Positions 22,114-35,200 of a stretch of 64,000 bases of DNA are shown here, one piece after another. Within the stretch, counting starts at the first letter, position 1. The number at the start of each line of letters is the position of its first letter. The DNA comes from Raillietiella orientalis (taxonomy: Eukaryota), in assembly GCA_036172245.1 (NCBI GenBank), contig JAYWIR010000032.1:248001-312000 (forward strand), in the 5' to 3' direction. The translations under genes were made by a program, and so were the position numbers. The notes beneath the pieces were generated by a model. It made no database searches, was not told where the DNA came from, and saw only the letters and a program-made list of their open reading frames with translations.

Positions 22114-24195
22114 AAGGCGTTCGATTGCGTAAATCAGGATCTCCTGCTGGAGCTTCTGGAACGTCTCGGTCTCTCGGTGCACCTCGTGGCGTATTTGCGC
22201 GCTTGCTGGCGCCACGCGATCATTTCCATCTCTTTTAGCGGCTGCCACGTGTACGGCGTGCCGGTGAGGCGGGGCATCAGGCAGGGCGACAGCTTAAGCC
22301 CGTTGCTCTTCAGCATCTTCTTTGAGTTGGTGCTGAGGGCGTACAAGCTGACGCTGGCCAACCTGCCGAGCTCTTGTGCAGGAACGCCGTCCGTGGCGGC
22401 CGATGCTGACGACCTGCTTCTCCTCTTACCCATGACCACCCCGGCGTCCGGTCTCGAGGATTTCTTCGAGCTGATTCGCCGGGGAGCGAGCATGAGCGGA
22501 AACAGGAGCAAGAGCGTGGTCGTACCTATTGGTGCGGCGTGGGAGGGGCAGTCCGACTGGATCCGCCTGGGGATCCCGACCGCTTCCTCCATGCAATATC
22601 TGGGCGTTCCGCTGGGGAACATCAGCCCAGTGGAAGTGTGGTCGGACTGCCTTCGGAAGGCTACGAGTGCGCTGAGCCCGTTCCACCATGGCAGGTTCGT
22701 CCTGCCGGAGCGGGCCACGATATGGAACACCTTCGTTGCCCCCCTCTTGCGCCCCTTGCTTTTTGTTTTCCCGCTCCCCTGCTCTGCCAAGCTCCAGGCG
22801 CACAGCCTTTTGAGGAACGCTCTGTGGGGACCTGCGAGGTCCAGGATGCGCCTCAAAGACTTGGCGGCTCCGCGTCGGGATGCTGGTTTAGGCATCCTGA
22901 CGCTGGAGAGAATGGAGCTGCAGGTGCAGCTTCGGATGTTGGCCCTGTGCGCCAACGTTTGGTCCACTCCGTTGTGCGCTCCCGCGCGCCTGCTTCTGCG
23001 GCGCTGCACAGACAGCGATGGATTTCTGTGGCTGCGGCCGCAAACGGAGCGCGCCACGAGAAGCCTCGGTTTCCCCTTGAAACCGCTCTTCCGGTTCCTG
23101 GAAGCCCAGGAATGGATCTCCTGCCGCCCAACGAACTTTCAAGCCTGGCGGCAGGAACCGTTTTATGGCTGGGCAAAGCAGCAGGATGTTTCCCTCCTTG
23201 AACTCCGTTGCGCTCACCTCTCCCCGTACTGCACGGTGGATGAGGTGTGCAACAGCCAGGAGAAGTGGACCAGCCTGGCCGTCACCCCCCTCTTCGACGC
23301 AGTCAGCCCTCAGGGCAAGAGATGACAGCTGCGAACCGGCGAGATGGGAGGTCGCCTGCACCATCGCAGGAACAACGCGACCTATTGGCGGCTGGAGGAC
23401 TTGCCAGCTGGCGGACGCCGCCACGCCTCGCCACGTTCCGAAGGGACTCCTTCGGTGGTGAACACTTAAGTGTGGCCCCCGAAGAACTTGTGGTCCCTCC
23501 CTCCTGTTTGAACACTTCTGTGTTCCCCCTTTCGTGGAAGCAGTACGTCATCATGCTGGTGCATTGGAGTTTTCACTCCAACCAGCGCACGAACCGTGTT
23601 TCCGGGGGAGTTGTCTCCCCAAACTGTAAGCGGTGCGAGGAAGTGGAAACGCTCCCGCACCTGCTCCTGGACTGCAGTGTTCTCCAAGGACTTTGGCGGA
23701 GGCTGGCCTCAGCTCTCCTGCACCAGGGGGACACCGCGAGAGACTTGATGCGCCGCTTCTTCACGCCAGGTGGCCTGTCTTTGGGTGCTGTCGTTGCAAC
23801 CGTGTGTTGCACCCGCGCCATCGACAAGGCCCACCGAGAGTTGAAGAAGCTGGCCATCCTTCGTCAGCCCTGAGGATTAGCCAGCGCAAGCATGTCGTCG
23901 GCTGCCGAGTGGGCCCACCTACCAGAGAGCGTGAGGAGAGAGATCGCCGGCATCCATCGCCGGTTCTGAAAGGAAGGAACGGCCGAACCAAAGACCCCTG
24001 TCCCCTGCCCTCCATATTTGTCTTTTTATTTTTTATAGTAGTGTATTTGTGGTCCCCTCCCTCCCGTTCCGGACTTTCGGCATACCGACCTGCGTGTCGG
24101 GGATCCCACCCCCTTCGTCTCTTGTTTTCCCCTTTGTCCAGGAACTCTGTTCCCGGATAGTTTTTAATAAACGCTCCAGCGCACCCGGGTGATAA
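22114..24195 (+). mobile_element. P3: LINE from RT KAFD to the 3' terminus (defective, DADD in place of YADD)
   Basis: ORFs 22177..23325 and 23247..23873 (CKRCEEVETLPHLLLDC); ends AATAAACGCTCCAGCGCACCCGGGTGATAA. Confidence 0.9.
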
Positions 24196-24570
24196 CCAGC
24201 CCACCCTCCGCGATCGTTTCGATCTCCTGGACGTCTGCCGCGGTGATCACATGGATCTACTGCAGCAGGGCCAGGTCGAACTCACGCAGGGTGCCGGCCG
24301 CATCTCGTCTGTTGCCGTCGTCGCGCAGCCCGTTGGCGTTCCAACTGGCCACGCGGATCCGACGGCGACAGGCGAGCCCAGGTGTTATTCCTGGGAAATC
24401 GGCTCTGCGGCTTGCGCCACCTGTTGGGGCGGGACGCAAGGAGGAGGAGGGGCAGGTGCGTCGAGCACCTGCTACGTACATGGAGGTGTGTTCCTCGCCC
24501 CGTCCGGCTAGGCATTAGCCGGTAGCACGGCGGATGGGGGAGCCCAAGCACACCCCGTCTCTGCTGCAGG
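24196..24570 (-). mobile_element. M1: 5'-truncated LINE (ORF1 tail + start of endonuclease), outermost element of the nest
   Basis: PGLACRRRIRVASWNANGLRDDGNRRD...FDLALLQ. Abrupt switch to AT-rich DNA at ~24570. Confidence 0.82.
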
Positions 24571-27500
24571 ACATTTCACTGTTCACAATTGCGCTCTCAA
24601 TCACTCAGGGCACAAAAATGCACTCTTCTGTTGAATGTCCACAGATTGCTCCATGCCTCCATCTCATTAATTCAAATTAGCCCACATAAGATGCAGTAAC
24701 TAGTGGACTGAAAAACGAAAAACAATTTCATCCCGAAAAGCAAAACACCCAAATGTCATGCTCTTGATAGATATGGATGGTCAGTTATAGAATGCGTGGT
24801 CTCATGTAACATGCACGAATCACCAAAAATTGCGCACACGACTACACTCAACTTTCCAAAGAATTTCCTTTAACATTTGCAAGAAGTAGAATTACAATAC
24901 GCCATTATGAAAGTATCACTAGGAAAAAAAGACCAAACATTTCTCTTTCCAAGCATTTTCGTTCATGTGTTCTAAGAACTAGGTCTTTGATCTTGGTATG
25001 GATCTCCCAACCCAGTTTAGATTATCTAGTCAATTTGCTGCAACTTTATTGCCATTTCATGTCACCAGAGCTCCCCAAATCATAAAACTGCATGCACCAT
25101 CTACCCATTTCCAAGGTTACTCCTGTGTTCTTGTATGAAACCGAGCACAGGATCACCCATTTTAATAACAAATATATCTCCCCAACATTCAATTTAGTAT
25201 TTAAATACGACTGACATTGCTTGTATGCATGAAGTCCTAAACATCATACCAACATTCTTGATGTCCCTGCATTAGAAAGCAATAACACGTCAAAGTGCAC
25301 ACACAAGGTTCTTCTTGCTATTTTAAAAGACCCAGCAGATATCTCAACATTGCACAAGTTTCAGCTTTGGTCACATTTATAAATGAGTAACTCGTCTGAG
25401 TCTAAATTTATCCCTACCTCCTAGTGCAGCCTGAATTAAAACTCCATCAATATTATCAACAAATTCACATGTTATTCTCAAATGAACAAAACAAAAAAAT
25501 GACCAAGGTGTTCAGTTCAAGCTTGCAAACTAATCCCTGGGCAGCATCTTCCAGAAAAAAGATTAAAACATCTCTTTTCTCAAACCCATGTTCTGAAAAA
25601 TTACTAGACACAGACAATAATACAGTTGCTTGACCAAAAGCCCTAGAAAAGCAAAGCCAGTATCCAGTAACCAATCGCATCTTTCTTCCAATACAATCCT
25701 CCATGGCTTCAAGTGAAACCACAACATTACTATGTAACATGAGCCAATGTACAGACTGCAATTTAAGTGCATGCAGTGATACCAACTCTTATTAGCTTTC
25801 CTCATGTGAAGATGTGGAATTGCAAAGAAAATACTCTAAAACAATGAATCACCTTCCGCATCCTCTCAAATCCATACTGGAAATTATCATATAGATAATT
25901 CACCACATAGCAGTCCTCTGCTGCAAAAACTCCTGCAACACTCAACACCAGTCATCAACTCTCTCACCTTCCCCTTGTCATCCTCAGCCAACAGACATCA
26001 TGACCCAATGTGCTGTAATACAATGCATTTTCGTACCAATCAAAAATGAGTAATTCACATTGTGAATTACATACTTTGATCAAAGCAAACCAAAAATCTT
26101 TCAGTAAACTTCCAAGTGAAAAGCTGAAAACCAATATACACTAAACCTAAAACCTGAAGCACCCATAACAGTTGCAAGCTTTTCCCATAGTAAAGGATTT
26201 TGCAAGTGTATGCTCTTCTCAAGACAACGGCAACTGGCACTTTGTTCAGAGGATGTCATGTGAGACATTTCCCAGAGACCAATGCAATAGCACAGTTCTA
26301 GTTTTGTCAGAGGAACAGGAACCATGAACTCCACTACTCATGTAATTGCAAATTGGAAAACATGTTCGCATCATATGCATAAATGGATTGCACACCTTAC
26401 ATAAAAAACAAACCATGCTTTGACAACATCTTGGATAAATGAAAACACAGGAATTCACAATACTTTAAAAATGCTACAAGTATTCAAAAGTTTCACAACC
26501 AAACACACCATAATCCATTAGCTGCCAAGTCATCCTGAACGACGCAATCATAGTAACCATTCCATTCGAGTTACCTTCCCTTTTCCCATCCATTTACTCT
26601 TCCTTCTAGAATTTCCATCGATACCAAATGTACCAAGAGAAACCTCATGAACTTTGACTCGCGAAATCCATCAGTGGTTCATCCCAAACTCCATTAGTTT
26701 TCCTGGCTCCGAAAGAGAACAGCATTCCAGATGTGGGAGTACCCATCTTCGCGTAACAAGATCAACAATCCATCCGATTGCTCAAGGATTCTTACGTATC
26801 CATCGTTTATTCCAAATCACTTACACGAGTTAAGAAGAATCCGAACACTCGGTGGCTTCCCCATTTACCCAACAATTAAGAAGCATTTCCAAGTACTTAC
26901 TCTGCCACTCTCGTCACAGTGCTAGCCGTATATTCTTTTAATCTTCAAGCATCCACAACGGGAATAGATGACTGCGTAACGACTACAGGATTCGCACATT
27001 CGGCAGCGATTTTCCTTGACAGCACATTTGTTCACGTCACGAAAACTAAATGGTGCAACTTCATTTCTGCAGCACTTTGCACTGCCATCGCCCACTTCCT
27101 AAACAAAACAGAAAGCACCGGCAGGGCCGGCAAGCGTTTGACAACAATGCATCCTACCGGAAATGGGTTTGTTTTCCTCTTCCAGAGCCCCGGACAAGCG
27201 GTTTAGACGATTTACAGGCTTAACTTGTACAACCAAGGTGATTTATTCAATCCCGTTTTAATTATTTGCATTCTCTAGACAGTTGAAGAGCTTTCTCCAT
27301 TCATTCAAACAGACATCGAATATTTTTCCTCATTTTGAAATATGCAAACATCAGGGCACCACCCATTTTATTTTTTGGGTTTCACAGTACACATCATGGC
27401 TCTGACCAGCAATTCAAGACGTCTTTGAAATTACAGCATTTTTCAAAAAATGGCATGCATACATGACCAAATTGCTATTGCGCAATCATTAAGTTTAATT

Positions 27501-30500
27501 AAGGACGGTAACCACCTTCTTCCTTTGGAAATGACCTCTCAGCCTTTGAAAGACCGCTTTCCACAAAGAAAGATTCTTCTTGTGATCAAAGTTGCTAGAA
27601 GTGAAACATTCAAAGTTCTCGATGCAACGATTGACAATTTGGCCCGGTTTGCTTTTGGGTGGATCAAGATACAAAATATGACTGGTTTCCAGCATTAACA
27701 AACTGTCAACGGCCACAGTTTAGTTAGAAGTCGGGAGAATCCGTGCGATGCACTAACTTAAACAAATAGGCACTTTTCAAGAAAACCTTCAATGGTGTAT
27801 GATTTTAGACACATACCTCACGTCCCTGAAAAATTATGATCACTATGGCATTGGAATCATTCTAGAAGTTGACATTTTTTTCTGGTTTGCTTTGATTGAA
27901 ATCTGGCTATCAAAAAACTTGGGATATCGTTTAAATGGCCTTCCGCGAAAAGACTACATTATAAGCCAACAAGGAACATAAGAGAAGTGCTGCTAGTTGA
28001 GAACCTTTCAGGAAACCCTGAGCTAAAAATGAGGGACCATAGACAGAATATCAGATGTTATACTGCGTCGAAATCTTTTCTAGTTTTTAGAGATTTCTTG
28101 GAACATGAATGCATTTCGGAACAGGTGAATTATTCCATTTACTTCTCATAAAGGGACTTAAGCCCAGAAGATGCACTGATCCGATCAAATGAACTAGGAA
28201 CCGAGGATAGCTCAAGTAATAGAATTAGCACAGTTCTTTGACACACATCGAGAATATGTAAGCAATTTTCCACCTCATATTCAAGTTTCTAAAGGTCATG
28301 CATAGATTTGTTTCACTTGTTGACTATTTCTCTGGTTTGCTGTGTCTTCTATGACATAAGCCCTTAGGCTGCAATAACATTTGATTTGGAAATCAAGATG
28401 CAATTACAACATTCGTGAAGATCGAGCAGTACTTTTTTTTCTGATTTCTTGCGAAAAATTTCGGCATTCAAATTGCGCTCTGTCTTTTATGAAATGCAAA
28501 AATTAATGAAGGAAATAGTGGCACCTTATTAAAGATGTTCTTCTGCCGTTAGATGACACATGAAATGACTGCCATAAAATATGTCTCTAAGCTGCAAAGA
28601 TATCTAGGATATAAATTGCAATTCACCCTTAAGGAGTGTTGAAGCTGAACATGTAAATAAAGAGTCAGTACTCCATTGCTCAAATCTGTTCGTATTGCTC
28701 GTAAATCTATATACATTTTAATCCTTTGACATCGTCTCCTCGTCGTTGGAGAAGGAAATGATATGCAAATTGAGAAATAACCTCTTTCATCTGCAAGGTA
28801 GATTGCGGCGTAGGTATCAGTCAATAGTGCTCCCTTCCGAGAATCTTAGTAAGTTCTATGTGTTTGCTAGAGTGAATGTGTGCGACTGCGAAGGCAACGA
28901 AAGTGGAACTCGGAAATCCCTCATTCTCTCAGACTTTCCTATCATGCTAACCCTTTGAGTTTCGTAATCCCCGGTGTCGTGGACAACGAATTAGAAGAAG
29001 CTAATAAAAAAAGGAAAAAGAAAAGAGATGATATTAACGAAACTGATTTGGTAAGTCAACTTTTGTTGGATGCACGCCCAGATCTATCCTCTAAGATGGT
29101 GTGAGAAATTTCTGAATGTTGCCGATAAGCTGTGTCTTGGCACATGTTTTCCGTTAACTTCAGAAGAAATGCTTGTCACAGGAGAGACAAGAAAGGCTCC
29201 CCGATTCAAGCATTCCTGACGGAGCTGGTATTGCGCAGAAGTAAAAATCCGATCCCACGAGATGCTTGGTTAACCATTGCAATATGGAATCCTATGTCTG
29301 AGAGATCATGTGAATTTCTTCGCTTCCAGTCTGATTCGTTGGAGCCAGGTACGAATATCTACTAGCGTCGGAGCGAGACAACGTGAACGACGATGAATAC
29401 AACCGGGTTGACGTATTGCACGTAGACCAATATGGGGTATGCGTACGCTGAATGTGGTCAGCGTAATTTATTTGTACGACTATGGGACGCAATTTCTTTT
29501 TCCGATGAGTGTAGTTCCAAGCCGCAATTTCGAAAAGTTTTGACGTCCTCAGAAGCTGGAAAGCTAAATGCATTTCTGATGATGAATTCCCTTGTCTTCG
29601 AAGTCTAGCATTTCTACACAATAGAAACACAACAATGGGAGAGTATTGCCGACATATATCAGCGTGTCCTCATGGATGTCTGAAAATTACGTCGATATTC
29701 CCCTCCTTTGACAGGAGCGTCAGAAGCATATAGCGTGATCAGTGCTCCTGGAAAGCAGTGTTTTGGTTGAAGTGCAGCAAAGATGGATCAAAACTGCTGA
29801 TACAAACTTGTCGGGACTTCCGTGAATTCAAAAATCGGCGAAGTTCGGGGTTCTCACATTACTGCAGGTAATCATCAGATCTTTAAAGACTGTGCTTTTG
29901 AGAAGTGCGCTAGGAATGGAACTTGATGGGAATCTTGCAGCAGAACCAAAGTGGTGTGGGGTTTTGATAGATTACCTGATGGTGCATTCCTGCTGGCTTA
30001 TTCTGAATGACTGCAGCACGCCAAGGTTGAACGGCCTCCAGATTGAGGTCCTGTTCAAGTTTGTACCAATACGCTTGACTTTTCTGCAGCGTTCTGCATT
30101 CGTGAGTCCACCATTTTGTAATCGGTCTCACTGGAAGGTGTCGTAGCCTCTGAAGCGATGCGCGCATTGTAGCCTGATCTCACCGAACCACCTTCCGAAA
30201 TGTGGAACCGCGAATATAAAGATCCGTCTCAATATTAAGATAGGTTCTTGCTGCACTTGTATAAAAATTTATAATAGATTTTGCAGGAACGTGAGGACAA
30301 GTGGATATGCGTGTGCAATTCTACGCAAAGGGGAGGAACTACCAGCTCTGCTGAGCACACACTAAGCAAGTTCCTGCTCGAATGTCCTCCCTCAGCGAGC
30401 ACCTGCACAGTAACCAGCCAGCCAAATGAGAGGTCAGTTGCAGAATAGGTCTTCGGACGAAGAAATTAGGTGGCTAGAGCACGAGCCAACTCATGGACGT

Positions 30501-30639
30501 TGCGACCCCAAGTGCCTCGCCGAAAGGATTGTTGCGCTGAGGTGAGTTGCTGGAAATCCCACAGGGCGACCTCAAGTGGCTTGCAGTGCTGAAGAACAGC
30601 CTTCGTCTGAAGTGGCAGTAGTCGGCACTTCTGCTGTTG

Positions 30640-31006
30640 CACCGGGGCCTACCGGAGACTTAGGATCGACTGAACCATGCTCAAAGGCTGTTCGTATGGA
30701 ACCCTTCTCCACATCAGACCTCCAGGATCTTACTGGAGTATTTGCTACTACCACCAAGATCTTCGCCAACGGCGGCTCCAGGCGAGCTCGCGCCCAAACC
30801 CTTCTGCGCGCACCGTCACGACCCTCCTACTCTCCGGAACCTGAGAACCTGCCGTCCTCCGGAACGCGCTCGGAAGGCAGGAACGGCTGTGTCCTGGCGG
30901 TTGGGTATAGGCTCGACTCTTGAGCGCCATCCATTTTCAGGGCTAGTTGCTTCGGCAGGTGAGTCGTTACAGATTCCTTAGCGGATTCCTACTTCTATGG
31001 CCACCG
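30640..31006 (-). rRNA. 28S (LSU) rRNA fragment, dispersed pseudogene
   Basis: Reverse complement contains conserved LSU blocks CGGTGGCCAT..GAATCCGCTAAGGA, CTCACCTGCCGAAGCAACTAGCCCTGAAAATGGATGGCGCTC, GATCTTGGTGGTAGTAGCAAATA, GTGGAGAAGGGTTCCAT and CAGTCGATCCTAAG. Confidence 0.93.
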
Positions 31007-31520
31007 GCCCACAGCGCAACGCCCTCCGGTCTCACCGAACGCGGGGGGCTGTGGACCCTAACTATTGCTGGTGAGAGAAATGGGAATTCCTCCCGCACTT
31101 GTTTGTAGGCTGTTGCCCTTGGGCCCCTGTGGTTGCACTACGCTACAGCCCTTGGCGCATCGACAAACAATCCCAGAGACGTGATGAAGCTCCTCTTGGT
31201 GCGCGATGCCCTTACGCCTACCACATCCCCAGGACTTCTTTGCTGCTGGCTACGCAGGACTGTGGCGGGCTGTAGCTATGCGAGAGGAGGACGACGCGAT
31301 AGGGATGTCATCTGCTTTGCCCTGAGCTCCATGAGGACGGCAGCTAGATGATCTCACCTGAGAGATAATCGGATGGAACTTGCCAGCATCTTCGAAAGGA
31401 TGCAGAGGGTGCCCTTCAGCACCCGATGATCCTTTCCCAAACCCTCCCAATTTTTTGTATGCCTCCCAATTTGCCATTTTCAACTCCTGCAGTGTTGCTG
31501 GATAATTCCCACCTCGCCGG
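31007..31520 (+). mobile_element. Decayed 3' fragment of an M-type LINE (ORF2 C-terminus + part of 3' UTR)
   Basis: Translates GPQRNA...GAVDPN...LPHLFVGC...NPRDVMKLLLVRDAL...MRTAAR, matching the M3/M4 ORF2 C-terminus. Confidence 0.8.
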
Positions 31521-31539
31521 CTAGCCGTCTCTTGCCCTG

Positions 31540-32275
31540 AGGGCAGATAGCACCGCGACGACTGATGTAGTGGCCACAATTTTGTCGTTTCCTGCATGAC
31601 CAATTCCAGCGGTCGTTATAGGAAGTGTTGCAAGAGGCAAAGAACCTCGTGGCTCAATCCATGGACTGCAGTCCAAGACTCAACAGGCTTCTGTTTCCAG
31701 GCATTAAAGTTCATTGGCCTGCAGGAGATCCATGACTGGCTTCCAGTAGACAGACGGGTGCCTCTAGAGGAAGAAAAATCTTTGCATCCTGTAATCTTGC
31801 GACAAGAGGGACCACCTCGCTGAGGTCCTCACAGAGGACAGCTGAACAAACTTGTTGCGGTGTTCCTTCACACAAGCAGAATTTACGGCAGGGATCGTGA
31901 TTTCAACGAGATATTATTGCATTCACACCATCGCCACAGCCCTCCACGTGCTGGAGTTTCTAGCGCAGCGGAGCGAGGTGCCAATCCTCGGCTGCTAGGT
32001 GGCCTTACCCTCAAGAAGTCTCCAGAGAGATCACCAGCATTTAGCGCGAGCTCTAGGGAAAAAAAGGATGGCTCACATCAAATACTCCTGTCTCTATCCC
32101 TCCTTCCCTTTTCCTATTATTTGCTGCTCCTTCCTCCTACTCCAGGCTTCCTTAGCAGCCGGTCTGTGAACTTTGCTTTTTTGATTGGTGTTCTTGTCTT
32201 TTAGGAACTCAGTTCCCAGTGACTTGCATGATTATTTATTGTTAAATAAAAATCCCGGTATCACCGAGTTAAAAA
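31540..32275 (+). mobile_element. Highly decayed, internally deleted LINE remnant with 3' end
   Basis: LQEIH-like and DFN-like EN traces; GGAACTCAGTTCC hairpin and AATAAA..CCCGGTATCACCGAG terminus. Confidence 0.5.
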
Positions 32276-35200
32276 CCGTCGGCTCAGTCTTTCTGTCATA
32301 TCTTTCTGTCCGCATGAGATCAACAGTACTTTGTTGGAAAAGTTTACAAACGTTTTAAAGAAATGATTCCTTCGGGAGAAATCGCAGCCATGCCTTGTGC
32401 AATGGAAGGGAGAACAGCTCATAAGGAGCATAATGAAATGTTTGCAATATGAAATTTGCACTAATTTTCATATTGAGCAAAATCTGAAAATCTACGATTC
32501 CAACTCTGAACATCGTTATATGAGTATGCTACTTTTGAAAACAAAGTAGGAAAATACATTTCCATCTATCTGTTTTACTCAGTATTTTGTGGAGACCTTT
32601 TGCAACCATTTCTAAAACAATGTTTTTTCCTCATCTAACCAGAATCACGTTTAGCAGTTTAATTTCCACAGGAGATGTGGCAAAAAGTGTGCTTTATGAA
32701 TTTGGCATGTGATACGTTCCCAATTACGAAGTTTCTCCTTAGTCGAATCCCTATTATAGATCATTATGATCACTTAGTAGATAGACAACTGACTTAGCCT
32801 TTATTTTTAAGCTTAACTAAGGGAAGCTTCTTCAATCTATCGAATAAGAAAAGTTTGTATTAAGAGTTGGCAGGCTATCTTTCCCGTGGATTACTTATTT
32901 ACTATTTAAAATTTATTTGGCAACCATTAATAATCCTGCACGATAGCTGCGTATACCTCAAGAATAATGAAGCACATTTCACGGAATGCCATCAGCACCA
33001 GCAGAAAGTACAGTTTCGAGACTCACAATTGAAGACACGGCTTTTGTTCACCGAACTACGCTTCTCATCAATTGTGCTTGCTTTTGAGATCGGCATTAGC
33101 TTGCACTTGAATTCATTTTTTTTGTTCCATATTTTACACAACTGCTTGTTTAGTTGTGTCTGGGAGCACGTGTTAGCTCTTGAAAGGATCTTTTGCAAGG
33201 GCAGTGCTCTTTATTAGTATCACCCCATTTTTAGCAGATCCTTCTAGGAATGCACTGACGATCTGGATAATTGCAGAAGAAGTTTGTTCAAATGATTAAA
33301 CCTTAAAAAATTCCTTGCGTTTTCAATTTGAATATACTTTCAATTTGAGAAATCATGGATCCCTTTCAGCAGTGAGCTGAAGATGCATTTGTTCTCAATT
33401 CTCCTCAAATTAAAGTTCAAGAGATGGAAAACAACGGTTAAGAGTTTTGTGGTCTTCACGGTTTATGAAGTACGGTAGCAAAAAAGCACCGTTCTTCAAT
33501 CGAGTTCAACCGAACAAGATTCATGAGCACCGAAACCCCAAGTTGCTTTTTAAAATTCATGCATGAGAATTTGGAGTTCTCAAGTTTGAAGTTCTACACT
33601 TGATGCAACCATGGCCTCTTGAATTAATCCTAAGTATGAACGGGATGCGTTAAGAAGAATGGTTAATGATCATAAGGTAAAATATTTGTTAATTTGAAAA
33701 CTTTCTGACGCTCCAGTTTATTGTGTTGCATTTTAGTAAGCTGATCTACTGGAATGCGTTTCTAGAGTTTTCAAACTGTTCACTCATTTCTTTGATGAAA
33801 CAAAGTAGTCACTTATTTCTTTTCTTTCAATCAACATCAGTAACTCGGATAGAAACTACTGTCAATTCCAAACTCATTTCCTCCTACTCGTTTTTTTTTT
33901 TGTCTACTTTGTTTCTTGTTTCCAAGCTCGTTTTTTTCTGCCCGGTTTAATGACGCCATAATTACTCTTTCAACTTAGCAGTTGATCTTGTTTCTCTGTA
34001 AAAGCATATTTCAAAATATGCTTTCACCAGAATTATTGGCAAAAAGTAATGAATGAATTTATTTCGTTTTCTTTGGCTATTTGAATTTTCGTCTAGGTAT
34101 ATCACCTTGATCCAAGAATGATGGATTAATTCCACAGTTAGGATGAAAGATTAACCTAATACACAAGCTTGCAATTAGTGATTTGAATGTAGAATGTGCA
34201 GTTTCAGACCATGAACTGTTATCGGTGTTTTCAATAAAGTAATGAAATATAAGGAATTCAGTCTTTCCTTAAGAATCCTTTTCCATAAGTTTCTCCCGAC
34301 ACTTGTGCTTCATTGCAATGTTTTAATAAGAATATATTAAAATTTAAGTGCTTTTTTTTCCTTGCAACTGGCATTGTGGATTGTTGTGGATGTTCCACAG
34401 ACACTGGATCCAAGAACTCTTACAGTCTGGAACAACTGCATCAAAGACTGGTTTTAGGGAATGGTGTATCAGCAGTGGATTTGAATTTAACACTTTATTG
34501 ATGGAAGTAGCAGCTTAAGTTGGATGTTCTGAAACAACAGGTGAGGTGGTGCATTTTCAGCTGGGAACATCTGCCAAGCTTTGTGAACTGTATCACATTT
34601 TGCATAGTTCATACACTTTCAGTACGTGCTGTTGCAGTAAAAAGGGAACCTTTTAGAAGTGTTTGGAATGTGATAAGATATATGTTTCTGTGCATCAAGT
34701 AGTTGAAATGTTTGTTGAGCATGTGGATCCCAAGTGTTCAGTATTTGTCAGTGATCTTTCAGATTATTGACAATGCAAATCCAAATTTCAATTTGGGAAT
34801 ATATTTTGAAGCAGAATGAGGATAGATTTCGTAATTATTTAAAGTTTGATTTGGGAAGGAAATTTTCATACTTGAATAAAAGTGCATCTTTCCTACAATG
34901 TAATAAGTAAGAGATTTACGAAATGTTAAAGTATTCAGGAATAATATTGGTATGCATATGTGAATGAAGATTTGAAATTTCGGAGGGTAGCATGCCAGTA
35001 TTATTTGGGGACATAGAACTTGAAGATCTTTCATCTTAAATGAAGAAGAAACAGTTAGTGTGCATTATACATTAAAGAACTGCTTTGCCACTGTTTGTTG
35101 AACGGCACTTTATAAAAATTGAGATTGGTTGCTATACTGCTTTACTTTGTCAACTTAGACTTGTGATCAAAGTTGAGACATGCATGACATTTTACATGCA

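Noticed and set aside
17700..24195. Simple tandem duplication of a (minus ORF1 + plus RT) unit
   Set aside because: The plus-strand halves show heavy, largely synonymous divergence while the minus halves are near-identical; this is not expected from a single duplication (not formally quantified).
1..24570. Prokaryotic RT system (retron, DGR, group II intron) or LTR element
   Set aside because: APE endonuclease + non-LTR RT + CCHC architecture with variable-length TSDs, and no LTRs, integrase or bacterial gene context.
26945..27716. Possible minus-strand host exons with a ~59-bp GT-AG intron
   Set aside because: The spliced frame hits an upstream stop without a clear acceptor, and no domain is recognisable.
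29910..30167. KWWTHECR motif resembling a LINE EN-RT linker
   Set aside because: Single weak motif, insufficient to call a feature.
30640..31006. Functional rDNA unit or R1/R2-type insertion site
   Set aside because: Only ~370 bp of 28S with substitutions in conserved positions and no flanking rDNA; the R1/R2 target region is not in the fragment.
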